Part shown: piece after piece, positions 35,560-47,846 of the stretch
How positions within the stretch are numbered: position 1 is the first letter of the stretch
Layout of the letters: the number at the start of each line of letters is the position of its first letter
Assembly: GCA_905178155.1 (NCBI GenBank)
Contig: CAJINV010000004.1
Location: forward strand, 7,880,771-7,944,770
Direction: 5' to 3'
Source: Amoebophrya sp. A120
Lineage: Eukaryota; Protista; Dinoflagellata
DNA length: 64,000 nucleotides
Notes under the pieces: generated by a model
What the model was told of the DNA's origin: nothing
Database searches by the model: none
What the model saw: the letters and a program-made list of their open reading frames with translations, nothing else
Made by a program: the position numbers and the translations under genes

Positions 35560-36661
35560 TGGCCGATAGCGCGATGTTGCACTTGGTGACAACATGTATG
35601 TGTGCCAGAGTCATGCGCCTGCCAGGAAATATTAAGCATCATCATTATCATCATCATGTCAAATCCTACATTGTTTATTAGAAGATGTTGACCACTCTCC
35701 TGGCATCTATTGTCATTTACACGGCAACAAAAAACGTTTTTATTGATTAGAGCGTGACTAAGACTACAGCATTTTGATTTTCATTTGCCATGCAGAATAG
35801 GTACCGCGGCACTTGTCTCTTGATGAACCACGGAGAGAGAAGATGACGCTGAGGAAAGACAAGTATTTCGCGGACCGTCCTCGCCTTTTTCGCTAAAGAA
35901 ACTCAATGCTTTGAATCAATGGCATTACCACTACGACACTACAACCTAAATTCGCTATGCTTCTTCAGTAGGCGTTCCCGGGTCAGTATTTTGTTATTTG
36001 CTTTTGTATGATCCTTTCTGCGCATTATACGTGCCGCCTCCTTGGCGTTGCACGTCCCTGCAAATGCCACAAGGTAATGAGCTCATATCCTCCACAGGTT
36101 GTTTTATTGAATCCAACTTTAGTACTTAAGTAATTGAGTTCTTCGAACTAATGTCGAGCCTTTTGTTTTGGTAAATACCACTAGGGTAGCGGGGCACGCT
36201 ATTCCTGCCGCGCGTCGGAGGAGGGATGTGTGGCGAGGCCAACCCGACCGAATCATCACCATAGCTGAATACAGATCGCATCATGCATATCATAATTTTA
36301 AATTTTCAGAATAGAAGTTATCGCGACATAATTTTAGTTTGCACTAGATAGAATCCCAGCAAAATATGAAAACAGCAAGCACACACGTTGTACGATGAGC
36401 AAGAGAGCCGCAAAGAACGGCCCGGCAAAGAGGCCGGCCTAAAAGTAAAAAAGGCCTGTACTATTTTAATTCAAAACCTGTGAGCACCACTGTGACAGCA
36501 GACTAACTGCTGCGAGTGAGTTTTCTTTGGTTGGTCTTCTTGAGCGAGCGCATCTCTCAGCCTGATGACGAAAGCGCTGCACCGAAGCGTCGTTGTTGAT
36601 GTTGCGCGCTACATGCTTTTAATCTTCAGGAAGATTGAAGGTGAGAAACAAATAAATCTTC

Positions 36662-37045
36662 AGGTGACGTTCTTGAAGGTTTAGAAATAAATCGCCATTG
36701 AAATCATGATCAAAGTCTGCGTATTCCTATTCTACAGCGGAACAAGCCCCCGAGTGTTCCCGTCTTGTTGTTGTTATTGTGCAGAGTTCATCTTGTAGAC
36801 GATCTCTGTTTGCGCGATTGGCAGTGATCCCACCAAGAACTCGTTTTGTTGTCTAGTATGTGTCTCTTACTTTGCAATGAACCTGACCTGAGGGACGAGC
36901 TGAGGGACGGCGCCCGATGAAATTTCTTGCAGCTTCTGTCCACAGAGAAAGAAATAAAGCACTGCAGGGCCTAGACGAGTGACCGATGAAGGAAAAATCA
37001 GAGTCGCTGTCATCACGAGGAACTACCTGTGCGGTTCTCTACTTC
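36662..37045 (+). repeat. Non-coding duplicated block, copy 2
   Basis: Collinear with 30320-30798 (aggtgacgttcttgaagg...ctgtgcggttct). Confidence 0.75.
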
Positions 37046-37204
37046 CCTTTTCTTGATATTCCCGTGGCTTGAGGATGGCTAGCAGGCAGTGTCAAAGGGC
37101 CGTAGAACAACAAGAGACCAAGTGGTATCAAAAATCGGGTTCTTCAGCGTAGAACCGATGAAGTCGCGTGCTTTACTAGTCTAGCTTCGTTTTGGAGGTC
37201 AAAG

Positions 37205-40200
37205 ATGTGGTCGTTGTTCTCGGTTTGGTTGGTCGTAGTTTTAGGACCACCTCGTCCCACACTCTTCTACCATGCTTCAACGCACAGCGCCTTGCGGGAC
37301 GTCGATCAGGAGTGCCTCCTCCTCCCTGCTAGCACACCACGACCGAGCAGAAGCCTCGTCGGGGCGTTTGCGACCGAGGTTTTTCCACCCGCCTCTTCGG
37401 GCGACGACGCTAGTACAACTACTAGCACAGGTCGCGTGGAACTACAAGGCGTGTTGAAAAGAGACGAGGCTTCTGTTTTGCAGCAATTGAGGCAATTGAT
37501 CCATCCCTGCACCGCGCTCGGAATACCAATTTCCGGGTCGGCGAAGCCAGACACCCCAACTGCCTGCAAGAACTACGCGGCAGGAGCTCCTGCACGAGAA
37601 TTCTCTTCTCCCCCGCCGTTGGCATCAATGGCACCGCCGTCGTCGTTCTGGCACCAAACCGGAAATAAAAATCGGATCGCGAAGCACTTTCGGGTCCCGG
37701 ATGTGGTCCGGCACCGGGCGATATGCAGTGCAAAAGTATCGTGCTCGTATAAATGCATTACAAATTTCCTCAGCGTGAGAAATGAAATTTATAACGCGGT
37801 GCGAAGATCTTGTAAACAGCTACCACGATGTTACTGCGAACAACTAGACTCTACAAGTCTACTGGTATCGTGTCCGGATACCAATCGGGGGAAGGTTTTT
37901 ATTCTTCGTAAACAGCACCTGATAGAAAAGAAAACGCATGTTGTCCTCAAGAAGTTTTTCTTCTTCTTCTTCTTTTTCTTTCTTTTCTTTCCTTTTCTCT
38001 TTCTTTCAAATCACGAGGCTACCGAGGTTCTAAGTACGAGAGCATCCGAAGTAGGTCGAGCTTGTTGTAGGAGTACGATAAGCAAACAGCGTAGAACCAT
38101 ACCGAGAGTGTTTTACCACTCCCGATTTACCTACAAGAAAAAGACTTGTATATGCATGATTGCAATACGAGTGCGATACTTTTGCACAGGATACGCGACC
38201 AGCTTGGAACTCAATACCGCTCAGGTGGACGCCTCTCTCTTCTCGAACCTGACGGCGGCAAACAGTTTTGAGAAAGGGATCCCTCGGGACAGCGAGTTTT
38301 CGGGCGGAATGTTGGCGCTGGATCGGGAAAACGGCCTCGCGGGTACCGAGCAGATTCGACTTTCAAACGGCTACGAGAACCCGGACCGGACATAATATCC
38401 AGCTGAGGAACAAATTCTATTTTTCCACATAACTATTTGTCTGAAATGCAAAAAATGGAAATGCCAAATCGTGTATTATGCATGAAAAATGCGGGCGGAG
38501 ACGAATAAAACGAAAGTACAAGAACGAAAGGATACTACTTGTTTATAGGAATTCATTCCCACCCCCGCTGACCGCTGGTATTTTTAAAGGTTTTATGGGA
38601 AAAAAAGATTTTCCCCCCTGGATCCGCCCCAGTGCCTCTTCACGGCTAGCGAGAAAGCCAAGCCTGCGGTAATACAGTGAAAAGTGCCCCCCACCCCTGA
38701 AATTGCAAAAATTTGTGATGCGAGGTTTCCAAATGAAAACTTTTTGTCATGTATGAAAGGAGTATGAATCTTTCTGATGCAGAGTCTAGGCGCGTATCGC
38801 ATCGCTTGCATCACAACCGTCGCTCTTGCTGGGGTCTTTTGCAATACAAATTTTTTCTATTCACGATTGGAAACATGTGATGCTGATAGATGCAAGAGGG
38901 CGAGTGTTTCATTTGGAAAGGTTTGCAATACAAATGCTTCCAAGTTCGGAGGTGGGGGCGTTCTTCATTGTGATATGCGGTAATCCGGCGGAAGAAGTGC
39001 CCCGCGTTCCACGGTGCAGGGTCAAAGAAGGGTGGGTTTTTTCCCATGCGCAAACTCCGGGAATTCCACCAGTGCTTCACGTTTCATTTGCACTTGAAAA
39101 CGAAGATAGAAGTAGTGGAACCTAGCAGTAGACCACCGGGCAGCACAACTATACCTGGTCCTGCTTCTATCGGAGGGGCTACACGTACACAGCAGGTCGC
39201 TGTACCGGAGCCGGTCGTAGGAGGTGGTGGGACAGCTCCTTTTTCCGCTGGTCAGAGCACTGCATCTCCTCCTCTACCTGTAGCAACGAGGACAACAAGT
39301 AGCGATATTATTTCCACAAGCACCGCCGTACCGCCACCGCCGTCTGCTTCATCGAAGAAAATTGTTGGACTGGAGCAAGGAAATTCAAATTCAAATTCGT
39401 CTCCTCCTGGCCCACCTACCGAGAAAAGTAGCAGCTCGGGGGTCATCCTCACCTCCCATGCAGCACCTGCTAATCATGTTGTAGCAGAGAAGCGCGAACG
39501 TCGTCGCAGGCATGATCAGCCAAACAGAATAAAAACGACAATTATCATCGCACGGAGCTTGCGTGGCTTCAGTACAGATGTAGTTTATTCGGGTACCTCC
39601 GACCTGGAAATAACTACATCTACGGTAATTACAGAAACGAACACCGTTGTAGGCGCTCCACAACAACAAAAATCGACGGGGGGCTCCTACCTGTCCAAGT
39701 TTGCAGAAACTTCGCTCGGAAAGCTCTTCGTCTGCACTCTTGTCCTCTCCTGCAGCTTATTCCGCTCGGTTTTGTTGCAAAACGCCATGGAGGAGGAGGG
39801 CAGTAGAAGTAATGCTTTTGCTGGGTCGACGAGCGGGCACAGACGCCGCGCCTCGGAAGAAGATGAGGAAGAGATGAACTATAGTACCACTCGACCGCAT
39901 CTCCATCTGCGCAGGAGGCAGCTCTCTGGTACTTCCAATCCAGCTCCTGCACCAGCGAGCAATTTTCCGGCGACGGCCTCACAGCAGCTGCATCTTCCCG
40001 TGATCGGACAGCCACGCATCTCTGTGAAAGCGGCTGCCGGTCCAAAGCACATCGTGTTGCCGAGTTCATCTGCTTTGTCTTACGTAAGAAAACAACTTCC
40101 AGGCGGTGGGGCTCATCTTCCCGCGGTTTCAGTACAACTCACGCAACGGCATCAAGACAGTACCACGAGGGCGCCGTCGGAACAGCTCCAACCAAAGAGC

Positions 40201-43200
40201 AAGGCGAAGCCGAGCCTGCCCGCGGCTCCTGGGGGAATGTTTGTTCCGCGGCCTAAAGTGGTGGAGACGATTGGTGCACCACCACCCAGCAAAGCTGTAG
40301 GTCATGTTGTACCTACTGCACCGAGACCCGGACCAGCGGCTGCAGCTCCTCCGCCAGGTAAAAAACCCGCTTCTCGCAATTTACAGCCGACCAGCGCTAC
40401 TTCGGCAGAAGGGCAAGACGACAATAACAGCGACGAGTGGACCATCCTAGACGTGCTTGCAAGCTTCCAAGCCGCGCCTATTTCCAAAGAGCTGCGCAGC
40501 TTCATGCAGGCGGGTGCGAACATTGTCAAATCGGCGATCTTACCGCAGGAACTACCGGAGATGCAGTTTGAGCCCGAGAGCAAGGGCGCCACACCTGATA
40601 CAGCGCCTTTGGCTTTGCACCGCGATCCAGTATCAAAGACTCTCATTCCGCTGGCACAACTGTTACCGGAGGTAGTTGTGGGGAACAAGGAAGTGAATAA
40701 AGAACAAGTACACTTAGCACCAGCAGACACCAGCATCTCGCGCCCAGTTCTGGCGACAACATCAAAGCCTCCCAATCCTCCCGTTCTGCGCTGGGGGCTT
40801 GCGCTACCCTACCGCAACACGACTAGCCACGACGATGACATAGGGGAGGCCTTTTCGCTGTCCCTTGCTCGGGCGGTTTCTTTCGCGGAAAGGAAGCGGG
40901 AAGCCGCATTTGATATCTTGCTGATGGGTATGGATTGTAAAAGTTTCTCGTACTACGTACCAGTCGCATGACAAATTTACTTATTTTATGTTCTCAAGAA
41001 GAAGATAGAAGAAGAAGATAAAAGGACTTGGGCATCGACACAGTGGATTCAGGTAGCAAAGAATCAGATATTTTATCATATGCGTCGTGATTGAAATTGA
41101 TGCGATCGCGATGTTGAGTACGAGTTTACTACGGTTTTTTTTGCAGTGGATACTGGGCAGCTATGCGAAGGACTTACTGCGGATTTGGACCACGAGGTTT
41201 TCGGAGCTGTTTGAAACATATCCTGTGCAAAAGTATCGTATTCGTATTGCAATCATGCATTACAAATCTTTTTGTTGAGTCAAATCCGCATTACAAATTT
41301 TATTTCTCATGCTGAGGTGGAAATTTGTAATGCATTTATATGAGTATGATACTTTTGCAGGGTATAAAACCACGACGAGAAATAATTCCCCCGAAGGGAC
41401 GACGAGGGCCCAGGCCACTGCAAATTCCGGCGAAGACCTAAGAACAGCACGCGACGAGGGCAAAAGAACATCGTCCGAAATAAATTATGACCTGTTCCAA
41501 CACCGCCACGTCTTTTTGTGCAGCGAGTTGAGCGAGCCAGACCAGCTGGATTTCATGGGCCGCGTGTTTTTCACCAAACCTTGCGGCCTGGTGTCTTCCG
41601 GCGCGGGAACGCGGTTGGCCTTCGCGTTTGATTTTTTGTTTAAAGTCCGGAAGTATGAACTGCAAATTTGTCTGGGTCTGGAAGAGTGGAACTTGTAATG
41701 CTGTCTGCGGATTCTAAAAATATCTGTGTTGCCTGAGCACCAAGAGGAGTCCGTTCTTGGCACGCGAAGAGGGCATTTCTCATGCGTAATTAGCATCAAA
41801 AAGCTTGCAAAAAATCTGTGATGCTAGCACCAGCATCACAGACGAGACCTCACGGGTCATGCAAAATGTGCATGCCAAGCCCCGACTCGTCCAGACCCAG
41901 ACACTTTTGCAGTTGATAGGAAGGTCGACTTGGTGGCGAATTTTGACGCGGACTTGCTTGTCCAGGTGGACTATCACGTGCAAATATCATCGACCTGGAT
42001 CGATCTGGAAGGATGCAGCTTGTCATGCGAAGTCTCGACCCCAATAAAATTTGTGTTGCATGACGAGGAACGCCAGAAGTCCTTGCCTACTTCTACTTGC
42101 CATGCAAAGCTCGGATCATTTCCCATGCTGGACAGGGAAACGGAAGGTCTCGCAGAATCTGCGAAGATCATGCTTCTGTGTACATTTATTTTCTAGAGCA
42201 TTGATGTCGTGGGTCGTGGTCCGCGAGATGCATGGCAAATCTTATGCACTTTTCCAGATGGTTGGAGATCGATAAACTTTTTGCACTGCATACGGACTTT
42301 TTCAACTTTGCGGCGAAGCTATACGGGATGACGCGGAACACGATCACACTTTACTCGGGCTTCAAATCCTGGTTCTTCGGGACTCCCTACGGCGCAAATT
42401 ACTTTTTCAACGAGAGAACTTACGACAAGGTCTTTCGGCTGGCCACGCTCTATTACCGTGAAAAATGCCCCCACCCCAAAGTTGCAATAATTTGTGATGC
42501 GAAGTTTCCAAATGAAAACTTTCTGTCATGCATGACAGGAATATGAATCTTTGTGATGCAGAGTCTAGGCGTATATAGCATCGCTTGCGTGACAAGTGCC
42601 GCTCTTGCTGGGATCTGTTGCAATGCAAATCTTCGCTATTCACGATTGGAAATCTGTGATGCTGCTAGATGCAAGAGGGCGTGCGTTTCTGTTGGAAAGG
42701 TTTGCAATACAAATGCTCCCAAGTTCGGGGGTAGGGGCGTTTTTCATTGTGATACGCTCCGCATGTGCTTCAACAGCACGACCGGGGTCTTCTGGCAAGA
42801 CCAAGGCTGTTATCCGCGGCAAATATGTCTGAGTCGGGAAGATGCGATATTTGTCATGCTTGTCTGGCATGACTCTGGCCTCTGTGTTGCGTAGGGCCAT
42901 CGGAACAGCTCCTCTCGCGTGTCATGCAAAAACGCTGTTTCTCATGCCATGCGGAATTATACCCGACACAGAGCGACGGAAAAATCTGTCATGCCTGGCG
43001 GTGCATTTTTTCAGAGTGCTTACAATTCACTCACTTGCATCACAACTTTCCAGACCCAGACGCATTTGCAATGCATAGGTGCGGCAGAAATTGGGACGAA
43101 TTCTTCGTGGACTCCATGCTAGATATTGGCAGTCCCACCGGGCGCACCACTGGGCAGAAGAAGAAGGATCCGAAGGCAAAAGCCCCTCCAGAGCCCAAGA

Positions 43201-44419
43201 AGGAGGCTTTGGAAGTTCTCGATCCGAAGGCCAAACAGCTCCTCGACGAGAAGGCGCACCTGCTGGCCGTCGATCGCGGGCAGATGTACGGGTTTTGCAT
43301 ATGAACTGCAAAAGTATCGTACTAGTGGTAATTGCATTACAAATTAGCCCAGCATGACAAATGCAATTTGTCATGCTGTTTTACCTTGGGATGCAGATTT
43401 GTCATGCATGACTGCGATTACTACGAGCACAATACTTTTGCACAGGATATTGCAAGCCGGAGAGCAACTCGGATGTCTACCACATGCGGTCTATCCTGAG
43501 CAAAAACGTCCCCACCCCAGAGTTGTCATGCAGATTTGCAATGACAGAAACATCTACATGAGAGGCATTTCCAATCGTGTTTGGGCATTTGTAATGCTGT
43601 AAACAGGATAAGGAGATGGGTTTGTGATGCCACTGTCCTTGCTAACCTGCGCTACACTACAAAGACGAACTTGTCATGCATGGCTCCCAAAACTCCTGGA
43701 TTTGTGTTGCAGAGTTCGCAACTTGACTATGGGGTGGGGACGTTTTTCCTCAGGATACGGTCTGGCCGGTGCGCGGAGGCCGAGCACGGGTGTATTCACG
43801 TGAACAACGAGGGCGCGGAGAGCTTCGGGCTGGACACCTTCAACGCCGCTTTATTGGAAATTCTGTACAATGTATAGCAAGAAAAAAGTTTTACAGTTAC
43901 ACATTGTGTTGCGAAACAAGCAAGACAGGCAACCTTTGTCATGGAGGAGGTGCTTGCAGCCTCATTTCATTCGTGTTTTCCCTTTTTAGTCTGCGCATCA
44001 CAGGTTTGTTTTGGCATGTCGAGCAACTTTGTGATGCAGAAACTCCAACAAATGTCGTGTAACTGTAACACTTTTTCGTGGGATAAAATGGCGCGTACGA
44101 CAAGGACGAAAAGTTGCTAAGATTGGTAAATGAGGAGAAGACGGGAATAAAAATGAGCAACACAGTTCATCAGAACTACCACATGAACGATAAAAACAAG
44201 ACCAACGAATTATCCCAGCAGCAACTACCTGAAACTCTTCACGAGTATATGAGCACGCGCGCGTGGCCGCGGGCCTTTCACTGGAGCGAGGATGTGTGGG
44301 AGCTGATGCCGGCCAAGGCGGGCGATCTGCGAACGATGAAACAGTGGGCCAGTCACCTGGACGGCGTGAGAAAGATGCGCGTGAAGGCAAAACCACTCAT
44401 GCTAGTGGAGCCGAATTAG
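37205..44419 (+). CDS. Multi-exon secretory-pathway protein (~1328 aa) with a C-terminal GT-A glycosyltransferase-like domain (GT34/GT77-like)
   Basis: Exons 37205-37721,38199-38392,38630-38669,38981-40928,41158-41218,41372-41653,41924-41971,42298-42450,42760-42810,43083-43299,43455-43491,43763-43872,44091-44419 (3987 nt) after removing 12 TIR elements. Hydrophobic N-terminus, DxD motif VDLVANFDADLLV, GANYFF and FWQDQG. The 38392/38630 junction is uncertain. Confidence 0.55.
37722..38193. mobile_element. Introner family B with a ~325-bp nested insertion
   Basis: B-type TIRs; TSD ggcga/cgcga; core interrupted at ~37800-38123. Confidence 0.85.
38393..38624. mobile_element. Old introner with decayed TSD
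   Basis: atccag...ttttt..cataa / ttatgggaaaaaaaga...ctggat inverted repeat; its removal is needed to bypass a stop. Confidence 0.55.
38670..38975. mobile_element. Introner family E (TIR TATNACNNTGAAAAANGCCCCCACC)
   Basis: TIRs, starts TAA; TSD tgcgg/tgcgg. Confidence 0.9.
40929..41152. mobile_element. Introner family B (diverged)
   Basis: Degenerate TIRs; TSD atggg/ctggg. Confidence 0.78.
41219..41366. mobile_element. Introner family B
   Basis: TIRs; TSD aaaca/aaacc. Confidence 0.9.
41654..41918. mobile_element. Introner family A
   Basis: TIRs; TSD ggaag/ggaag; close relative of 1424-1686. Confidence 0.92.
41972..42292. mobile_element. Introner family A (diverged)
   Basis: Degenerate TIRs; TSD tggac/cggac. 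Confidence 0.8.
42451..42754. mobile_element. Introner family E
   Basis: TIRs; TSD cgctc/cgctc; near copy of 38670-38975. Confidence 0.92.
42811..43077. mobile_element. Introner family A
   Basis: TIRs; TSD gctgt/ggtgc. Confidence 0.83.
43300..43449. mobile_element. Introner family B
   Basis: TIRs; TSD ttgca/ttgca. Confidence 0.9.
43492..43757. mobile_element. Introner family D
   Basis: TIRs; TSD cggtc/cggtc; near copy of 29133-29420. Confidence 0.93.
43873..44085. mobile_element. Introner family F
   Basis: tatagcaagaaaaaag...ttacagttacac / gtgtaactgtaa...ctttttcgtgggata; TSD caatg/aaatg. Confidence 0.85.
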
Positions 44420-45102
44420 AAGGAGGTAAGGCATTTAAAAATATTCTAGCCCGGATGCGTGGTCAGGCTCACGAACTACAGGATACCGTGGTCCGTTTTG
44501 ATGCGTCTTCGTCTTTCGCAGTAAGCCAAAATGCACGAGCTTTGGAACAAGTGGACTTTGCAGCGATCGGTTTGCTGGTCTATTTTGCAATTATGATCAT
44601 GCGCAATAACAGTGCTGTTTTGTTTCACTGAATAACGTCATCCACAACTACAAGACAACGAATCGGTACAGGGTCGATACGTACTTTATTCGTGTTCGGC
44701 TTTGATAGTAGACGAAGCCATTCAAATAACGTTGAGAGAACTACTCGTAGCAAACGGGATTCGCGAGACAACTACAGATAAGTACGGTGATAGATCGGTT
44801 ACATTCGTATAAACCAGAAGCGCGATCGGTTTCGGCTGCGGGGCCTTCGTGCTGAGAATCGCAGAACTTTTTCATGTATGGCGTGTCGTCAAAAGATCGA
44901 AAACCTTGGCAATCAACTACAACTTCGTGATATTCGTTTTTGAAAAGATATAAAAATCCCAGCATTTGATTTTTCCCGGCAGGCGCAGGTCCCTATCATT
45001 TTGTCCTCCTCTTTAGTGTTTAAGTTTAGGGTTTAGGGTTTTTTTTTGTGCTCCCGTGCCGCACGGCAGGGAAATCGTGTTCGCGGCAAAAACAACGACA
45101 TC

Positions 45103-46656
45103 ATGTTCAGTCCAACTCGCGCAGACGACTTGCGGACCCTAGGTCTCCCAGCAAATGGCACAACGTCCGACACGCAAGCGATCAAACGCGCGTACCACCG
45201 GCTCGCGCTAACGTGCCACCCGGATAAAGGCGGCAAGAAAGAAGACTTCCAGAAAGTTTTCGCTGCGCATGAGCGCCTGCTGAAGCAGGATCAGGCCTGC
45301 AATTTTTACGGCGGGACGTCGTCGACTGCGACCACCTCGGCATCCTCCTCTTCGTCAAGCAGTAGACAGCCCCCTGGTTCGACGGCTAGTTTTTCGTCGA
45401 GCTTTGCGACAGGAACTTCTGCCGGCTGGCACTTCGATCCCGACGAACACAACCACCATTTCGACCGCCACTGCCAGTTTTTCGCGCAATTTTTGAGTCG
45501 ACACAGCAACGACTTTTACTTTTTTGACGGCGCCGGCTTCGATGAGTTTGATTCCTGGGACCGCGAAGACCGTAGGGTTTATGCCCGCCAGCGTGCTGAG
45601 AACGTCAAGAACCACTACGACAAGCGGGATCGGAAACCGAAGCGGGAATCCGCGTTCACGAAAAACGGGAACCTGCGAAAGAACCGAACCACCCCGGCCC
45701 AGCAGCTCGCAAGCTGCTGCCAGTTTTGTCCGGATGAGAACAATCCGAAGGAGGGCATCACAGCGAGAAGTGCAACATCGCACGGGCTGAACTGGCACCA
45801 GTACAGCTCCCATCCGCAGCGGCTTCGCACCTGCTGGGCGTGCAAGAGCGCTCACATAAGCGTAATGACGGAGAAAATGGCGAGGGTCAGATTTGCAAGG
45901 AAGCTGGACGACCCGAGTGGGGCTGTGTTTGCGCGGCTTCGGAGAGAGAACAAATTCTTCACTCACACACCGCAGCTCTCCGACCGGAACACGCGTACCT
46001 CCACCTTCTTCTGGGTGCCGGACCTGGAGGCGGCAGCGCTGCAACTTGGCTGGAAACCACGGGGTGAAGCGGGGATAAGAATCGCTGCACGGGCCGCGGC
46101 GGAACAAGAGGCCGCCGAAAAACAGCAGCGGGTGGAAGCGGGGGCACGGAGAGTTCCTATTTCCCCGCCAGCACGGGAGCAAGAGGCGGCAGCGCAGCGA
46201 CGCAGGTTGAACAACATTAACCCGCGCGGCGGAGCTGCGGGTGGATGCACTTTTTCCAGGTCGCCGCCGTGGAAGCACGACGAGCCGAAGCCGGCCCGGT
46301 GCCCCAGTCGCGGGAATGTCGACGTTTGCCTCATCGGGTGTCCGGTGAAGAAGCAGAAAGAGCTGATAGCTACGCAAGATGCCACGAAGAGGAACGAACC
46401 GAACATGAACCCGAAGCAGGCATCGCACCCTGCATCAGGAGCTGATGAAGTACCTGCACGCGCAAGTTGTAAAAACAGTCAACCAGCTGGCCGGCAGAGC
46501 TTGCGAGACTTTGCTCCGGACAGTCCGCGCTCGTCTTTGGATCTCAGCAGCAGTTCGGATGAAGACGTGGCGGAAGCCGAGCCGTCCGCATCCTCGACAT
46601 CCGATTCTGCCTGTGCGGTGAAGGGCCCAGCGCAGAAAAAACAGAAAAGCGGTTGA
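45103..46656 (+). CDS. DnaJ-domain protein with an XPA-like Cys4 domain, intronless
   Basis: IKRAYHRLALTCHPDKGG (HPD motif), CQFC...TCWACK, VMTEKMA. Confidence 0.85.
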   Translation: MFSPTRADDLRTLGLPANGTTSDTQAIKRAYHRLALTCHPDKGGKKEDFQKVFAAHERLLKQDQACNFYGGTSSTATTSASSSSSSSRQPPGSTASFSSSFATGTSAGWHFDPDEHNHHFDRHCQFFAQFLSRHSNDFYFFDGAGFDEFDSWDREDRRVYARQRAENVKNHYDKRDRKPKRESAFTKNGNLRKNRTTPAQQLASCCQFCPDENNPKEGITARSATSHGLNWHQYSSHPQRLRTCWACKSAHISVMTEKMARVRFARKLDDPSGAVFARLRRENKFFTHTPQLSDRNTRTSTFFWVPDLEAAALQLGWKPRGEAGIRIAARAAAEQEAAEKQQRVEAGARRVPISPPAREQEAAAQRRRLNNINPRGGAAGGCTFSRSPPWKHDEPKPARCPSRGNVDVCLIGCPVKKQKELIATQDATKRNEPNMNPKQASHPASGADEVPARASCKNSQPAGRQSLRDFAPDSPRSSLDLSSSSDEDVAEAEPSASSTSDSACAVKGPAQKKQKSG

Positions 46657-47846
46657 AGCGGTATAAAAGTTACGATACTAGAACTAGATTGATAGAATAG
46701 ATACGCTGAAGTTCATCAGATTGAGATATTATACTTTTCAGACAGCTTCCAAAAATGTCCATGTCAATACATATCTTTTTTTTGTTTCATACTGGTCAAG
46801 ATGTTGATAAAAATGATTTAGCCCCGGCAGGTACTAGAGTAAAATAAGAGCAACTTGATTGCCGTACTACTACCACCCAGATGAGCATATTAACCTGATA
46901 AAGCACGTTCTTAATAGCGCAGTTGCATCCTCCGCAAATGTTGATGAAAAAGCGAGATCGCATCCCTCCAAATAATCCCCCGTACTACTCGTCGCATTCG
47001 ACAAATTTGATTTTAACTTGGCGAAGCGAAGAACCTAGTAGCTTCCTCTCAAACTGAATCCCGCGCTACATTGCGTAAGTAGAAGTGGTCATGCGGCCCT
47101 CCCCGCATTGGCATTTCCATATGTCATTGTCCTCCCGGAAGAACCCTACCGAAGAGCAGCCCGACCCGTGGATAGCAGTACAACCCCGAAGATGCACTTA
47201 TATCCGACGCACGCCTTAGGACCCCTACGCACATCAAGTCTTGCAGGACAAGAAAATTGTATTTTACATTGATAAAACCCTTCGCATGTTGGCGGCAGTT
47301 GAAACATCCAAAATGAAGTTGGTATCAGAGAACGACAGGATCGTTTATGACATCGTACTCAAAAAGCGAAGCATATGCAGCCTAAGTGGTCCGCACAGTC
47401 TGTCACAGGGATGATTCTATCTGTTCGGAATCGAACCAGAGTCAGGATCTGAATGATGTCTTTGTTGACATGAACTACACAATGAAATTCCCAAAAGTGT
47501 AAAGAAGATCCTTCCTTCACCAGTAATCGCATTACGTCTTTGAGAATGGATCCATGTTCCCCAATGGATCCATGTTTCCCAAGAAAAGTCTCGTGTCAAC
47601 AACGTAGTGTACGTCTGAAAATCGTATGGTCTTTTATTTCCGCGAAAAAAAAAACTCAGGCACAGTGCCGCGCCTAACAAAAGATACAGACTGACAATAC
47701 CCCGTGTAGCGTTTTAGTAGAGCCTGAAGATGTAGTAAGGATCGAGCTTCGCCTCGTCGAGGTTTATGCAGACGAAAACTCGGGTGCGTTTTACGCAGTG
47801 AATACGAATAGACAGCCCCAAAGATAGACATAGAGCAACAGAAAAG

